This document shows positions 10,196-19,430 of a DNA stretch of 64,000 nt, in pieces. The notes below the pieces were generated by a model. That model worked only from the letters and a program-made list of their open reading frames with translations, was not told where the DNA came from and made no database searches. Within the stretch, counting starts at the first letter, position 1. Each line of letters opens with the position of its first letter. The stretch comes from Terriglobia bacterium (lineage in GTDB: Bacteria; Acidobacteriota; Terriglobia; Terriglobales; SCQP01): assembly GCA_021323595.1 (NCBI GenBank), contig JAJPKR010000061.1, positions 83,364 through 147,363 on the forward strand, read 5' to 3'. The position numbers were made by a program, and so were the translations under genes.

Positions 10196-12133
10196 ATGGG
10201 CAAGATCATCGGCATTGATCTCGGAACCACGAATAGCGTCGTGGCGATCATGGAGAATGGCGAGCCAAAGGTGCTGGCGAACTCCGAAGGCGGGCGCACG
10301 ACTCCTTCAGTCGTGGCCTTCACCAAGACCGGCGAGCGTTTGGTGGGGCAGGTGGCCAAGCGCCAGGCAATCACGAATCCCGAGAACACGATCTATTCGA
10401 TCAAGCGCTTCATGGGCCGCCGGTTCGACGAGGTCACCGAGGAGATGAAGATGGTGCCCTACAAGGTCGAGCAGGCGGGCGGGCACGTCGTGGTGCTGGC
10501 CGGCGGCAAGAAGTATACGCCGCCGGAAATCTCCGCTTTTATTTTGCAGAAGCTCAAGCAGGCCGCCGAAGACTACCTGGGCGAGAAGGTGAGCGAGGCG
10601 GTGATTACCGTCCCCGCCTACTTCAACGACGCCCAGCGCCAAGCCACCAAGGACGCCGGCAAGATCGCCGGGCTCGACGTGAAGCGCATCGTGAACGAGC
10701 CGACGGCGGCGGCGCTGGCCTATGGCCTCGACAAAAAGAAAGAGCAGACCATCGCCGTCTATGACTTCGGCGGCGGCACCTTCGACATCTCCATTCTCGA
10801 GGTGGGCGAGGGCGTGGTCGAGGTCAAGTCCACCAACGGCGACACGCACCTGGGCGGCGACAACATCGATCAGCGCCTGGTGGATTGGCTCGTGGACGAG
10901 TTCAAGAAGGAAGAGGGCATCGACCTGCGCGCGCGCGGCAACGAGATGGCGATGCAGCGCCTCAAGGACGCCGCCGAGAAGGCCAAGATCGAACTCAGCT
11001 CGACCATGGAAACCGAGATCAACTTGCCCTTCATCACTGCCGACGCGAGCGGTCCCAAGCACCTGCTGAAGAAGCTCACGCGGGCGCAATTCGAGCGCAT
11101 GGTGGAAGACATTCTCCAGCGCTCCGTCGGCCCTTGCAAGCAGGCGCTGAGCGACGCCGGCGTGACCGCCGACAAGATCCACGAGGTGGTGCTGGTAGGC
11201 GGGAGCACGCGCATTCCGCGCGTGCAGCAGATCGTGAAAGATCTCTTCGGCAAAGAGCCGAATCGCAGTGTCAACCCCGACGAAGTGGTCGCGGTCGGCG
11301 CGGCGGTGCAGGCGGGCGTGCTCGCGGGCGAGGTGAAGGACCTGCTCTTGCTCGACGTGACGCCGCTGTCGCTGGGCATCGAAACCATGGGCGGGGTGTT
11401 CACCAAGCTGATCGAGCGCAACACCACGATTCCGACGCGCAAGAGCGAAATCTTCTCGACCGCGTCCGACAACCAAACCTCCGTCGAGGTGCACGTGCTC
11501 CAGGGCGAGCGCGCCTTGGCGGCGCAGAACCGCACCCTGGGCAAGTTCCATCTGGTGGGCCTGCCGCCGGCGCCGCGCGGGGTGCCGCAGATCGAGGTCA
11601 CCTTCGACATCGACGCGAACGGCATCGTCAATGTCAGCGCCAAGGATCTGGGCACCGGCAAGGAGCAAAAGATCACCATCACGTCTTCGAGCGGGCTCTC
11701 CAAGGAAGAGGTCGAGCGCATGACCAAGGATGCGGAAGCGCATGCCGAAGAAGACAAGCGCAAGCGCGAGGAAATCGAGGCGCGCAACCAGCTCGACAGC
11801 ATGGTCTATAACGCCGACAAGCAGCTCAAGGAGAACCGGGAGAAGATCTCCGCCGAGGACGCCAAGGCCATCGAGGACGCCCTCGCCGACGCCCGCAAGG
11901 CGCTCGAAGGCAGCGACGCGGCGGCGATGAACGCAGCCCGCGACCGCCTGACCACCGCCTTCCACAAGCTGGCCGAAGCGATGTACCGCCAGACCAGCCA
12001 AACGCAGGCGGGCGGGGCACGCGGCGGCCCTGCCGCCGGCGCCGCCACCCCGCCGCCGAGCGGCAACGGAGAAAGCAAACCCGGCGAGGTTATCGACGCC
12101 GAGTACGTCGACGTGGATCAGGAGAAGAAATAG
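10196..12133 (+). CDS. dnaK: Molecular chaperone DnaK (Hsp70)
   Basis: 645 aa. Motifs [17 protein letters not shown] and [10 protein letters not shown]. Acidic C-terminus. Confidence 0.98.
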   Translation: MGKIIGIDLGTTNSVVAIMENGEPKVLANSEGGRTTPSVVAFTKTGERLVGQVAKRQAITNPENTIYSIKRFMGRRFDEVTEEMKMVPYKVEQAGGHVVVLAGGKKYTPPEISAFILQKLKQAAEDYLGEKVSEAVITVPAYFNDAQRQATKDAGKIAGLDVKRIVNEPTAAALAYGLDKKKEQTIAVYDFGGGTFDISILEVGEGVVEVKSTNGDTHLGGDNIDQRLVDWLVDEFKKEEGIDLRARGNEMAMQRLKDAAEKAKIELSSTMETEINLPFITADASGPKHLLKKLTRAQFERMVEDILQRSVGPCKQALSDAGVTADKIHEVVLVGGSTRIPRVQQIVKDLFGKEPNRSVNPDEVVAVGAAVQAGVLAGEVKDLLLLDVTPLSLGIETMGGVFTKLIERNTTIPTRKSEIFSTASDNQTSVEVHVLQGERALAAQNRTLGKFHLVGLPPAPRGVPQIEVTFDIDANGIVNVSAKDLGTGKEQKITITSSSGLSKEEVERMTKDAEAHAEEDKRKREEIEARNQLDSMVYNADKQLKENREKISAEDAKAIEDALADARKALEGSDAAAMNAARDRLTTAFHKLAEAMYRQTSQTQAGGARGGPAAGAATPPPSGNGESKPGEVIDAEYVDVDQEKK

Positions 12134-12139
12134 GGGCGG

Positions 12140-12176
12140 GGGACCGGGGACGGCCGCCAAGGGGCCCGCCGGTCCC
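12140..12176 (+). other. Intercistronic stem-loop between dnaK and dnaJ (8-bp GC stem GGGACCGG/CCGGTCCC)
   Basis: Arms 12140..12147 and 12169..12176 are exact complements. Followed by a pyrimidine-rich tract. Possible attenuator or processing site. Confidence 0.35.
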
Positions 12177-12181
12177 TCCCT

Positions 12182-12202
12182 GATCTTCGATCTCCGATCT
12201 TC
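12182..12202 (+). repeat. Three tandem heptamers GATCTTC-GATCTCC-GATCTTC, ending 8 nt before the dnaJ ATG
   Basis: Read directly. This pyrimidine-rich tract occupies the position where a Shine-Dalgarno sequence would be expected. Confidence 0.6.
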
Positions 12203-12210
12203 CTCTTGGC

Positions 12211-13362
12211 ATGGCGACGGCGACGAAAGACTATTACGCGGTGCTGGGCATCAAGCGCGAGGCCACGGCCGAAGACGTGCGCAAGGCCTATCGCCGCCTT
12301 GCGCGCAAACTGCATCCCGACGTCAATCCCAACAACAAAGCCGCCGAAGAGCGCTTCAAGGAGGTGCAGGAGGCCTACGACGTCCTCGGCGATCCAAAGA
12401 AGCGCGAGTTTTACGATCGCGTCGGTTTTTATTCCGATCAAGCGTTCCAGCAAGGCGCCGCCGCCTTCACCGACGCGCCGCCGCCGCCGAGCAGCGGCGG
12501 CGCCCCGCCGCCCGGCTTCGATTTCAGCGGCTTCGATTTCGGCGAAGGCGCCGGCGCAGGGCGCAGCTTTCGCGACATCTTTTCCAGCATCTTTTCCTCC
12601 CGCCCGGCCGAAGTGGAGGTGCCCTCCAGCGATCTCGAGTACCAGATTCAGATCGGCTTTTGGGAGGCGATTCGCGGCACCGTGGTGCGGCTGACGGTGG
12701 CGCGGCAAATCAAATGCCCGCAATGCAACGGCACCGGTATGGGCGCCGGACGGGGCGTCTGCCCCGAATGCGGCGGCAAGGGCCAGGTGACGCAGACCGC
12801 CGGCGGCATGAAGTTCAACCTGCGCTGCTCGACCTGCGGCGGCAGCGGCAAGGCGGGCGCGGTCTGCCCGCGTTGCCATGGCGCCGCCCGCATCACCGTG
12901 CAGGAGCCGCTGGAGATGCGCATCAAGCCGGGCACGCGCGAAGGCGCCCGGCTGCGCGTCGCGCAGAAGGGCAACTGGGGCACCGACGGCGTCGGCGACC
13001 TCTACCTGGTGGTGGCCATCAAGCCGCATCCGATCTTCACGCGCCAGGGCGATGACATTTACGTCAAAGTGCCGGTCACGGTGGCGGAGGCGGCGCTGGG
13101 CGCCAACATCGCCGTTCCCACCATTGACGGCCGCGCCTTCGTCAAGCTGCCGCCGGGCACGCAAAACGGCCAGCGCATTCGCCTGCGCGAGCGCGGCGTC
13201 GTCTCGGCGCAGCACGAGGGCGTGCGCGGCGACGAGCTGGTCGAGGTCAATGTGGTGGTGCCCTCCAACCTCGACGAGCGCGGGCGCGAGTTGCTGCGCC
13301 AGTTCGAGCGCGAGCACCCGCAAGACGTGCGCAAGGAACTGTTGGCGCAGGCGGCGAAATAA
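12211..13362 (+). CDS. dnaJ: Co-chaperone DnaJ (Hsp40)
   Basis: 383 aa. J-domain with HPD (KLHPDVNP). Four zinc-finger repeats ([32 protein letters not shown]). C-terminal substrate-binding domains. Confidence 0.97.
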   Translation: MATATKDYYAVLGIKREATAEDVRKAYRRLARKLHPDVNPNNKAAEERFKEVQEAYDVLGDPKKREFYDRVGFYSDQAFQQGAAAFTDAPPPPSSGGAPPPGFDFSGFDFGEGAGAGRSFRDIFSSIFSSRPAEVEVPSSDLEYQIQIGFWEAIRGTVVRLTVARQIKCPQCNGTGMGAGRGVCPECGGKGQVTQTAGGMKFNLRCSTCGGSGKAGAVCPRCHGAARITVQEPLEMRIKPGTREGARLRVAQKGNWGTDGVGDLYLVVAIKPHPIFTRQGDDIYVKVPVTVAEAALGANIAVPTIDGRAFVKLPPGTQNGQRIRLRERGVVSAQHEGVRGDELVEVNVVVPSNLDERGRELLRQFEREHPQDVRKELLAQAAK

Positions 13363-13363
13363 A

Positions 13364-13777
13364 ATGAAGAAAAAGGGACGCGCCGCATACATGATCTCCG
13401 CCGTCGCCGAACAGTACGGCGTTCATCCCCAGACCTTGCGCCTGTACGAGCGCGAGGGCTTGCTCAAGCCTTCGCGCACCGAGGGCAACACCCGCCTGTA
13501 CACGGAAGAAGACCTCAAGCGGTTGGAGATGATCTTAGCCCTCACGCGCGACATGGGCGTCAACCTCGCCGGCGTCGAAGTCATCCTCGACCTGCGGCAG
13601 CGCATGGAGGACATGGCGCACGAGATGGAAGAGCGGGAGGGGGCGATGAAGCGGCAAATGCAAGCCTTCGTCGAGTACGTGCAGCGGGAGATCTTGCAGC
13701 ACGCCCCCTGGAGCGAGAACGCCAGCAACGCGCTGGTGCCGGTGCGCCGCGCCGCCACGGTTCGGCACAAGGGCTGA
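13364..13777 (+). CDS. hspR: MerR-family heat-shock repressor HspR
   Basis: Taken from ORF 12878..13777, starting at ATG 13364 (1 nt after the dnaJ stop). Sequence YMISAVAEQYGVHPQTLRLYEREGLLKPSRTEGNTRLYTEEDLKRLEMILALTRDMGVNLAGVEVILDL is a classic HspR signature. Confidence 0.9.
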   Translation: MKKKGRAAYMISAVAEQYGVHPQTLRLYEREGLLKPSRTEGNTRLYTEEDLKRLEMILALTRDMGVNLAGVEVILDLRQRMEDMAHEMEEREGAMKRQMQAFVEYVQREILQHAPWSENASNALVPVRRAATVRHKG

Positions 13778-13787
13778 AGGGCTGCCC

Positions 13788-14345
13788 TTGGCGTCCCCGG
13801 CCGAATCCGCGCCCCGCTCGGAGCGGCACACCTGGCGCGTGCCGGCCGGCTGGCCGGCGGGCGCCGCTTCGGCGTCGTGGCGGGAGCGCTGCGCCTACTT
13901 GCTTGCCGTCGGCGGCCCGATCGGCTGGATTCCCTGGGTGCCGGCCACCTGGGCCTCGCTGGCGACGGCCGCCGTCTGGCGCGGCCTCGTCGCCGCCGGC
14001 TGGTCGCGCGGCGCCGGTTGGCCGGTCGCCGCCGCCGCCGGCGTCATGCTCGTCGTGGGGGGGGTCGCCGCCACCACCGCCGAGCGGCTGGCCGGCATCG
14101 GCGATCCGCGCAACGTGGTCCTCGATGAAATCGCCGGACAATCGCTGACGTTCCTGCTGGCCGGCGCGGCCAGTTGGCCGCTGGCGCTCGCCGGCTTCGT
14201 GCTGTTCCGCATCTTCGACGTGCTCAAGCCGCCGCCGGCGCGCCAGGCCGAGCGCGCCCGCGGCGGCTGGGGCATCATGCTCGACGACTTGGTCGCCGGG
14301 GGCTACGCCGCCGCCGCGCTATGGCTGCTCGCGAAAATCCTGTGA
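13788..14345 (+). CDS. pgpA: Phosphatidylglycerophosphatase A
   Basis: 185 aa. Motifs ...GWIPWVPATWASLA... and ...DP..VVLDEIAGQ...F.LFRIFDVLKP.P......GGWGIMLDD..AG.YA. The annotated start is TTG and is uncertain. Confidence 0.85.
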   Translation: MASPAESAPRSERHTWRVPAGWPAGAASASWRERCAYLLAVGGPIGWIPWVPATWASLATAAVWRGLVAAGWSRGAGWPVAAAAGVMLVVGGVAATTAERLAGIGDPRNVVLDEIAGQSLTFLLAGAASWPLALAGFVLFRIFDVLKPPPARQAERARGGWGIMLDDLVAGGYAAAALWLLAKIL

Positions 14346-14448
14346 GCTTCGCGCCGCTCTTGGCCGCGCCGGGCGCCTTGCAACCCCTGTGGCGAGCGCC
14401 GGCCCGAAACGAATCGGCGGGAAAATAGCAGCGAGGAGGGTACGTACA

Positions 14449-15816
14449 ATGCCTCCAACCCTCGCCGAGGTTCCGGCGCCCACCGCCGGCCCGCGCCCGC
14501 AGCCGCAACCGGTTTTGGACCGGAGCGCGCCGCCGCGGGTGGTGATCGTCGGCTCCGGCTTCGGCGGGCTTTATGCCGCACGCCAACTGCGCCGGGCTCC
14601 CGTGGAAGTGACGCTGGTGGATCGCCGCAACCACCATCTCTTCCAGCCTCTCCTCTATCAGGTCGCCACCGCCGTGCTCTCGCCCGGCGACATCGCCTAT
14701 CCCATTCGCGCCATCTTTCGCGGCCGCTCCAACATTCGCGTGCTGCTGGCGGAAGCCACCGCCGTCGATCTGCAGCGGCGCAAGGTCCACTTGCGCGACG
14801 GCGAGCTAGACTACGACTACCTGATTCTGGCGCCGGGTTCGACCCACACCTACTTCGGCCATAACGAATGGGAGGCGAGCGCGCCCAGCCTGAAATCGCT
14901 CGAAGACGCGCTTGAGGTGCGGCGGCGCATTCTCCTCGCCTTCGAAAAGGCCGAGCGCGAGAGCGACCTCGCGCGGCGGCGGCAACTGCTGACCTTCGCG
15001 ATCATCGGCGGCGGGCCCACCGGCGTCGAGCTGGCAGGCGCGATCGCGGAGATCGCGCGCCAGGTCATGGTGCGTGATTTTCGCAGCATCGATCCCCGCG
15101 AGGCGCGCGTCCTTTTGATTGAAGCCGGCCCGCGCCTCTTGCCGGAATTTGCCCCGGATCTTTCCGCCGAGGCGCGGCGCGAGTTGGAACACAAAGGCGT
15201 GGAGGTGCGAACCGGCGAGCCGGTCACCTATGTGGATCGCGAGCAGATCCGCCTGAATGGCCAGTCCATTCCCGCCGCCACCACGCTGTGGGCGGCCGGC
15301 GTCGCGCCCTCGCCCCTCGGCCGTATGCTCGGCGTCGCGCTCGATCGCCGTGGCCGCGTGCCGGTGAACGTAGACCTGAGCTTGCCCGGCCACCCCGAGG
15401 TCTATGTCGTCGGCGATCTCGCCAGTTGCCGCGACAAGCTGGGGCGGCAGATGCCTGGCTTGGCGCCGGTGGCGATGCAGGAGGGCCGGCATGCGGCCGC
15501 CAACATTCTGCGCGCCATCGCCGGCCGTCCACCGCGCCCGTTTCGTTATTTCGACAAAGGCATGCTGGCCACCATCGGCCGCGCCGCCGCCGTGGCCCAA
15601 ATCGGCCCCCTACATCTCTCCGGGCTGGTCGCCTGGTGGACTTGGGTCACGGTCCATATCAGCTATTTGATCGGCTTTCGCAACCGGCTCGTGGTCATGC
15701 TCGAGTGGGCCTGGTCGTATCTGAGCTATCAACGCGCCGCGCGGTTGATCACCGGCGACATTGACGCCGTCTATCCTGTCCGGGAAATTCCCGCCGAATC
15801 GCGAGAGGCTCGCTGA
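14449..15816 (+). CDS. ndh: Type II NADH:quinone oxidoreductase (NDH-2)
   Basis: ORF 14389..15816 trimmed to ATG 14449, which is preceded by GAGGAGG (14434..14440). Two Rossmann motifs (VVIVGSGFGG, IIGGGPTGVELAG) and YVVGDLA. Confidence 0.9.
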   Translation: MPPTLAEVPAPTAGPRPQPQPVLDRSAPPRVVIVGSGFGGLYAARQLRRAPVEVTLVDRRNHHLFQPLLYQVATAVLSPGDIAYPIRAIFRGRSNIRVLLAEATAVDLQRRKVHLRDGELDYDYLILAPGSTHTYFGHNEWEASAPSLKSLEDALEVRRRILLAFEKAERESDLARRRQLLTFAIIGGGPTGVELAGAIAEIARQVMVRDFRSIDPREARVLLIEAGPRLLPEFAPDLSAEARRELEHKGVEVRTGEPVTYVDREQIRLNGQSIPAATTLWAAGVAPSPLGRMLGVALDRRGRVPVNVDLSLPGHPEVYVVGDLASCRDKLGRQMPGLAPVAMQEGRHAAANILRAIAGRPPRPFRYFDKGMLATIGRAAAVAQIGPLHLSGLVAWWTWVTVHISYLIGFRNRLVVMLEWAWSYLSYQRAARLITGDIDAVYPVREIPAESREAR

Positions 15817-15909
15817 GCCCGCGTCGCCGGGACTAGGCGCCGGATGCCGGCGCGCGCCGCCAACCGCCGAGAGCCGCCGTTTGCCTCCCGAGCTCTGGCA
15901 AGATGAGGC

Positions 15910-16629
15910 ATGCTTCCGCTCAAGTGGCGCGTGGGACTGCACAACGCGCTCTTTGCCCGTGCCGCCCCGCCGCCGGCGCCGAGCGGCTTCGCGCCGTTCG
16001 ACGAGATCGCCGCCCGCGCGGCGCGCCGCAGCGACATCAACGAGCACCTGCTCACGCTCTTCGCCGAAGCGGTGGCGCAGCGACCGCGCCTGATGGTGGA
16101 ATTGGGCGTGCGCGGGGGGGAGAGCACGTTCGTGCTGGAGCGCGCGGCGGCGCTCTGCGACGCGCGGCTGGTGAGCGTGGATCTGGCCGATTGCGCGCGC
16201 ACGTCGTCCTACCGCGGCTGGACGTTCGTGCAAAGCGACGACGTCGCCTTTGCCCGGGAGTTTGCCGGCTGGTGCCGGGCTCGCGCGCTCGAGCCGGCGA
16301 TCGACTTCTTGTTTCTCGACACCAGTCACGAGCGCGAGCACACGCGGCGGGAGCTTGCAGCCTGGCTGCCGCTGCTCGCGCCGGCCGGGAAAGCGGTGTT
16401 GCACGACACCAACTTGCGCCGGCCCTATTGGCGCCGGGACGGCAGTTGGAACTTGGGCTGGGACAATGCGCGCGGGGTGATCGCCGCGCTCGAGGAGTTT
16501 TTCGGCGCGCGTTTCGACGAGAACCGCGAATTCATCGCCGTGCGCCGAGGCTGGCTCCTCCAGCATCGGCCCTGGTGCGCCGGGCTGACGACTTTGCAGC
16601 GGCTGCCCGGCACGGGCGCGCCACGCTGA
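15910..16629 (+). CDS. Class I SAM-dependent methyltransferase (Methyltransf_24/CmcI-like)
   Basis: 239 aa. SAM-binding motif I-like MVELGVRGGESTF, plus FLFLDTSHE... and AGKAVLHD. Lies 35 nt upstream of the ABC ATPase gene. Confidence 0.7.
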   Translation: MLPLKWRVGLHNALFARAAPPPAPSGFAPFDEIAARAARRSDINEHLLTLFAEAVAQRPRLMVELGVRGGESTFVLERAAALCDARLVSVDLADCARTSSYRGWTFVQSDDVAFAREFAGWCRARALEPAIDFLFLDTSHEREHTRRELAAWLPLLAPAGKAVLHDTNLRRPYWRRDGSWNLGWDNARGVIAALEEFFGARFDENREFIAVRRGWLLQHRPWCAGLTTLQRLPGTGAPR

Positions 16630-16664
16630 TATTTTTGCCGCGCCTGGCGCGTATTGGGCTAACG

Positions 16665-17606
16665 ATGGCCTCCGTTGCCGAAGCCGCCGTCGAACTCGCC
16701 GTCGAGGTCGAGGGGCTGCGCAAGAGTTACGGCGCCGTGCCCGCGGTGCAGGGAGTGAGTTTCGCGATTCCCCGCGGCGAAGTCTTCGGGTTGTTGGGGC
16801 CGAACGGCGCGGGCAAGACCTCCACCATCGAGATTCTCGAGGGCTTGCGCCGCCCCGATGCCGGCACGGTGCGCGTCTGCGGGCTGGAGCCGGCGCGCGA
16901 CAGCGCCGAACTGAAAGAGCGCATCGGCGCGCAGTTGCAGGCGACGGTCTTGCCGGACAAGATTCGCGTGGAGGAGGCGCTGGCGCTCTTCGCCACCTTT
17001 TACCGCCGCCCGCTGCCGGTGCGCCGGTTGTTGGAGCGCTTCGGGCTGCTGGAGAAGCGCCGCGCGTACTTCGACCACCTCTCCGGAGGCCAAAGGCAGC
17101 GGCTGGCCTTGGCGCTGGCGCTGGTGAACAATCCCCGGCTGGTGCTGCTCGACGAGCCGACCGCCGGCCTCGACGCCATGGCCCGCCGGGAGATCTATGG
17201 CCTGATCGAAAGCTTGCGCGCCGAGCGCCGCACCGTGCTGCTGACCACGCACTACATCGAGGAGGCCGAGCGGCTGTGCGATCGCGTCGCGGTGATGCGG
17301 GCGGGCCGCATCGTGGCGCTGGGCGCGCCGCGCGAGCTGGTGCATGCCTCCGGACGCGAGACGCGCTTGGAAGCGCGTATCGAACCCCCGCCGGACGCGG
17401 CGCTCCTGGCCGCGTTGCCCGGAGTGGTCGCGTGCAGCGAGCGCGACGGCCGCTGGCTGCTGCAGGCGCGCGCGGTCGCGCCGGCGGTGGTCGGCCTGGT
17501 GCGGCTGCTCGACCGCGAAGGCGCGCGCCTGGAAGAGCTGCGCATCTTGCAACCGACGCTGGAAGACGCCTTCGTGGATCTCGCCGGCGAGTCAGGAGAC
17601 AACTGA
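16665..17606 (+). CDS. ABC transporter ATP-binding protein (DrrA/CcmA-like exporter ATPase)
   Basis: Taken from ORF 15903..17606, starting at ATG 16665. Walker A is GPNGAGKTS, signature is LSGGQRQRL, Walker B is LVLLDEPTAGLD. Has a C-terminal ~90-aa accessory domain. Confidence 0.92.
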   Translation: MASVAEAAVELAVEVEGLRKSYGAVPAVQGVSFAIPRGEVFGLLGPNGAGKTSTIEILEGLRRPDAGTVRVCGLEPARDSAELKERIGAQLQATVLPDKIRVEEALALFATFYRRPLPVRRLLERFGLLEKRRAYFDHLSGGQRQRLALALALVNNPRLVLLDEPTAGLDAMARREIYGLIESLRAERRTVLLTTHYIEEAERLCDRVAVMRAGRIVALGAPRELVHASGRETRLEARIEPPPDAALLAALPGVVACSERDGRWLLQARAVAPAVVGLVRLLDREGARLEELRILQPTLEDAFVDLAGESGDN

Positions 17607-19085
17607 ATGGCGGGACTGCGGCTGGCGCTGATGAACTTGCGGCTGGCGTTGCGCACCCGCGCGGCGCTGTTTTTCAGCTTCATTTTTCCGCTGATCTTTC
17701 TCTTCGCCTATGCCGGCATCTTCGCGCGCGGCATTCCCACGGTCGTTGCTTTTTTTTTCGGCCCGGTGGTGGTGTTTCAGATCATCTCCGCGAGCTTCTT
17801 CGGCTTGGGCATGCAGTCGGTGATGCTGCGCGAGCGCGGCAGCCTGCGCCGCTACCGCCTCGCCCCGATCGGGCCGGGCGCGATGATCGTGGCCAGCCTG
17901 CTGGCGAATTATCTGCTGCTGCTGCCGGCCGTGGCGCTAATGTTCGCCTGCGGCGTGTTCGTGTTTCACATGCCCGCGCGGGTGAACTACTGGGATCTGT
18001 TCGTGATTGTCACCGTCGGCGATTTCGCCTTCGCCGGCTTCGGCCTGACGATCGGCAGCTTGGCCGATACCATGCAAGAGGCTTCCGTTTACAGCAACCT
18101 CGCCTTCTTTCCGCTGATTTTTCTTTCCGGCGCGACGATCCCGCTAGCGCAATTGCCCCACTGGCTGCAGCGGGCGGCGGCCTTTCTGCCGGCGACGTAT
18201 TTGGTCAACGCGTTCCAGGGTGTGATGCCGGGCAACGGTTCGCTAACGCAACAAGGGCCGGAACTGGCCGTGCTGCTCGTTTCGGGAATGTTCGGACTCT
18301 TGCTGGCGGCCAAGCTGTTTCGCTGGGAGAAGGAAGAGCGGATTCCCACGCGGCGGAAGCTTTGGGCGGCGGTTTTTGCCGTGCCGTTTCTGCTGACGGG
18401 GATCTGGATGAACGCGAATCCCGCGACCTTAGCATCTTGGGATCAATTGTTCCAGGCGATTACTGCCGCGCCGCGGCCGCATGCCGCGGCGCCGGCCGGC
18501 ACGGCCGCGCCCGCGGCGGCAGCCCCAGCGCCGGCCGCGACGGGCTCGCTGGGGAGCGTGGGAGACGGCATCATCAGCGATTTCGACGAAGGCGCGACGC
18601 CCGTCGCGCGCTTCGGCGCCGGCTGGCAGGTCACTACCGATGCCATCTCCGGAGGCCGGTCGCAGGCCGAGATGCGCATCGTCGGCGGCGGAGCACAAGG
18701 CAGCCGCGGCGCGCTCGAAATCAGCGGCGTCGTGCGCGCCGGCGCGCCACAGCCGTGGGCAGGCGCGGGATTTTTTCCCGGCTTCGAGGCATTCACGCCG
18801 ACCGACCTCTCGGCGTTTCGCGCGTTGAGCTTTTGGGCCAAAGGCGACGGCAAAGCTGCCGCCGTGGTGCTCTTCACCACCGCCTCCGGCGCGAAACCTG
18901 CCGTCGTGACCTTTCGGCCCGGGCCACATTGGGAAAGGTTCCTCTTCCCGTTCCGAAGCTTTCCCGGTGCGGATCCGCACGGCGTCGAGGCCATCTTCTT
19001 CGTGGCGGGAGGGTTAGGGCCATTTCAGTTCCAAATCGATTCCGTGCGGTTGCTGGCCACCGTGCCGCACGCCGGAACCCGCTAG
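17607..19085 (+). CDS. ABC-2 type permease fused to an extra TM helix, a Pro/Ala linker and a C-terminal CIA30/CBM-like beta-sandwich domain
   Basis: 492 aa. The ATG directly abuts the ATPase stop (TGAATG). Residues 1-240 form a six-TM ABC-2 core. Residues 252-269 form a 7th TM after a basic loop (RWEKEERIPTRRK). Residues 285-312 are A/P-rich. Residues 318-483 read DFDEG...GAGWQVTTDAISGGRSQ...DLSAFRALSFWAKGDGKAAAVVLFT...HWERFLFPFRSF...FQFQIDSVRL, a pattern reminiscent of CIA30 (PF08547)/CBM11-like domains. That assignment is from recollection and is untested. Confidence 0.8.
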   Translation: MAGLRLALMNLRLALRTRAALFFSFIFPLIFLFAYAGIFARGIPTVVAFFFGPVVVFQIISASFFGLGMQSVMLRERGSLRRYRLAPIGPGAMIVASLLANYLLLLPAVALMFACGVFVFHMPARVNYWDLFVIVTVGDFAFAGFGLTIGSLADTMQEASVYSNLAFFPLIFLSGATIPLAQLPHWLQRAAAFLPATYLVNAFQGVMPGNGSLTQQGPELAVLLVSGMFGLLLAAKLFRWEKEERIPTRRKLWAAVFAVPFLLTGIWMNANPATLASWDQLFQAITAAPRPHAAAPAGTAAPAAAAPAPAATGSLGSVGDGIISDFDEGATPVARFGAGWQVTTDAISGGRSQAEMRIVGGGAQGSRGALEISGVVRAGAPQPWAGAGFFPGFEAFTPTDLSAFRALSFWAKGDGKAAAVVLFTTASGAKPAVVTFRPGPHWERFLFPFRSFPGADPHGVEAIFFVAGGLGPFQFQIDSVRLLATVPHAGTR

Positions 19086-19209
19086 ACCTCGTTCTCTTGC
19101 CCCCCATTTGGGGGCTAGCTAGAGAGTTCGGGCGGACCATGGCAAGCTCAGAGCGCTTGGATTCGGGCCCAAGCAAGTTGCGCGACTTCAGGAGTGAGAA
19201 GGGAACTCC

Positions 19210-19407
19210 ATGGAAGAACAAACCGTCATTGGACTTCGGGAAGCCTGTCTGGCGGCTTTGACGAGGGAAGAGGCAAGGCAAATCGAAAGTGCTGCTATCC
19301 GGCAGGCGGTCTTCGAAATGTTTGACGAAATTGTCAGCGCGTGTCGCCGCGATTCGCCGGAAGACGAGGCCGCGGCCAGATCGGCCGTCGCCAACGGCGG
19401 TTGTTGA
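19210..19407 (+). CDS. Hypothetical small acidic protein (65 aa)
   Basis: ORF preceded by GAAGGGA 6 nt upstream. Predicted helical (MEEQTVIGLREACLAALTREEARQIESAAIRQAVFEMFDEIV...). GC3 is visibly lower than in neighbouring genes. No recognisable family. Confidence 0.35.
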   Translation: MEEQTVIGLREACLAALTREEARQIESAAIRQAVFEMFDEIVSACRRDSPEDEAAARSAVANGGC

Positions 19408-19430
19408 AGCGAACCGGGGCGCGACGGCCG

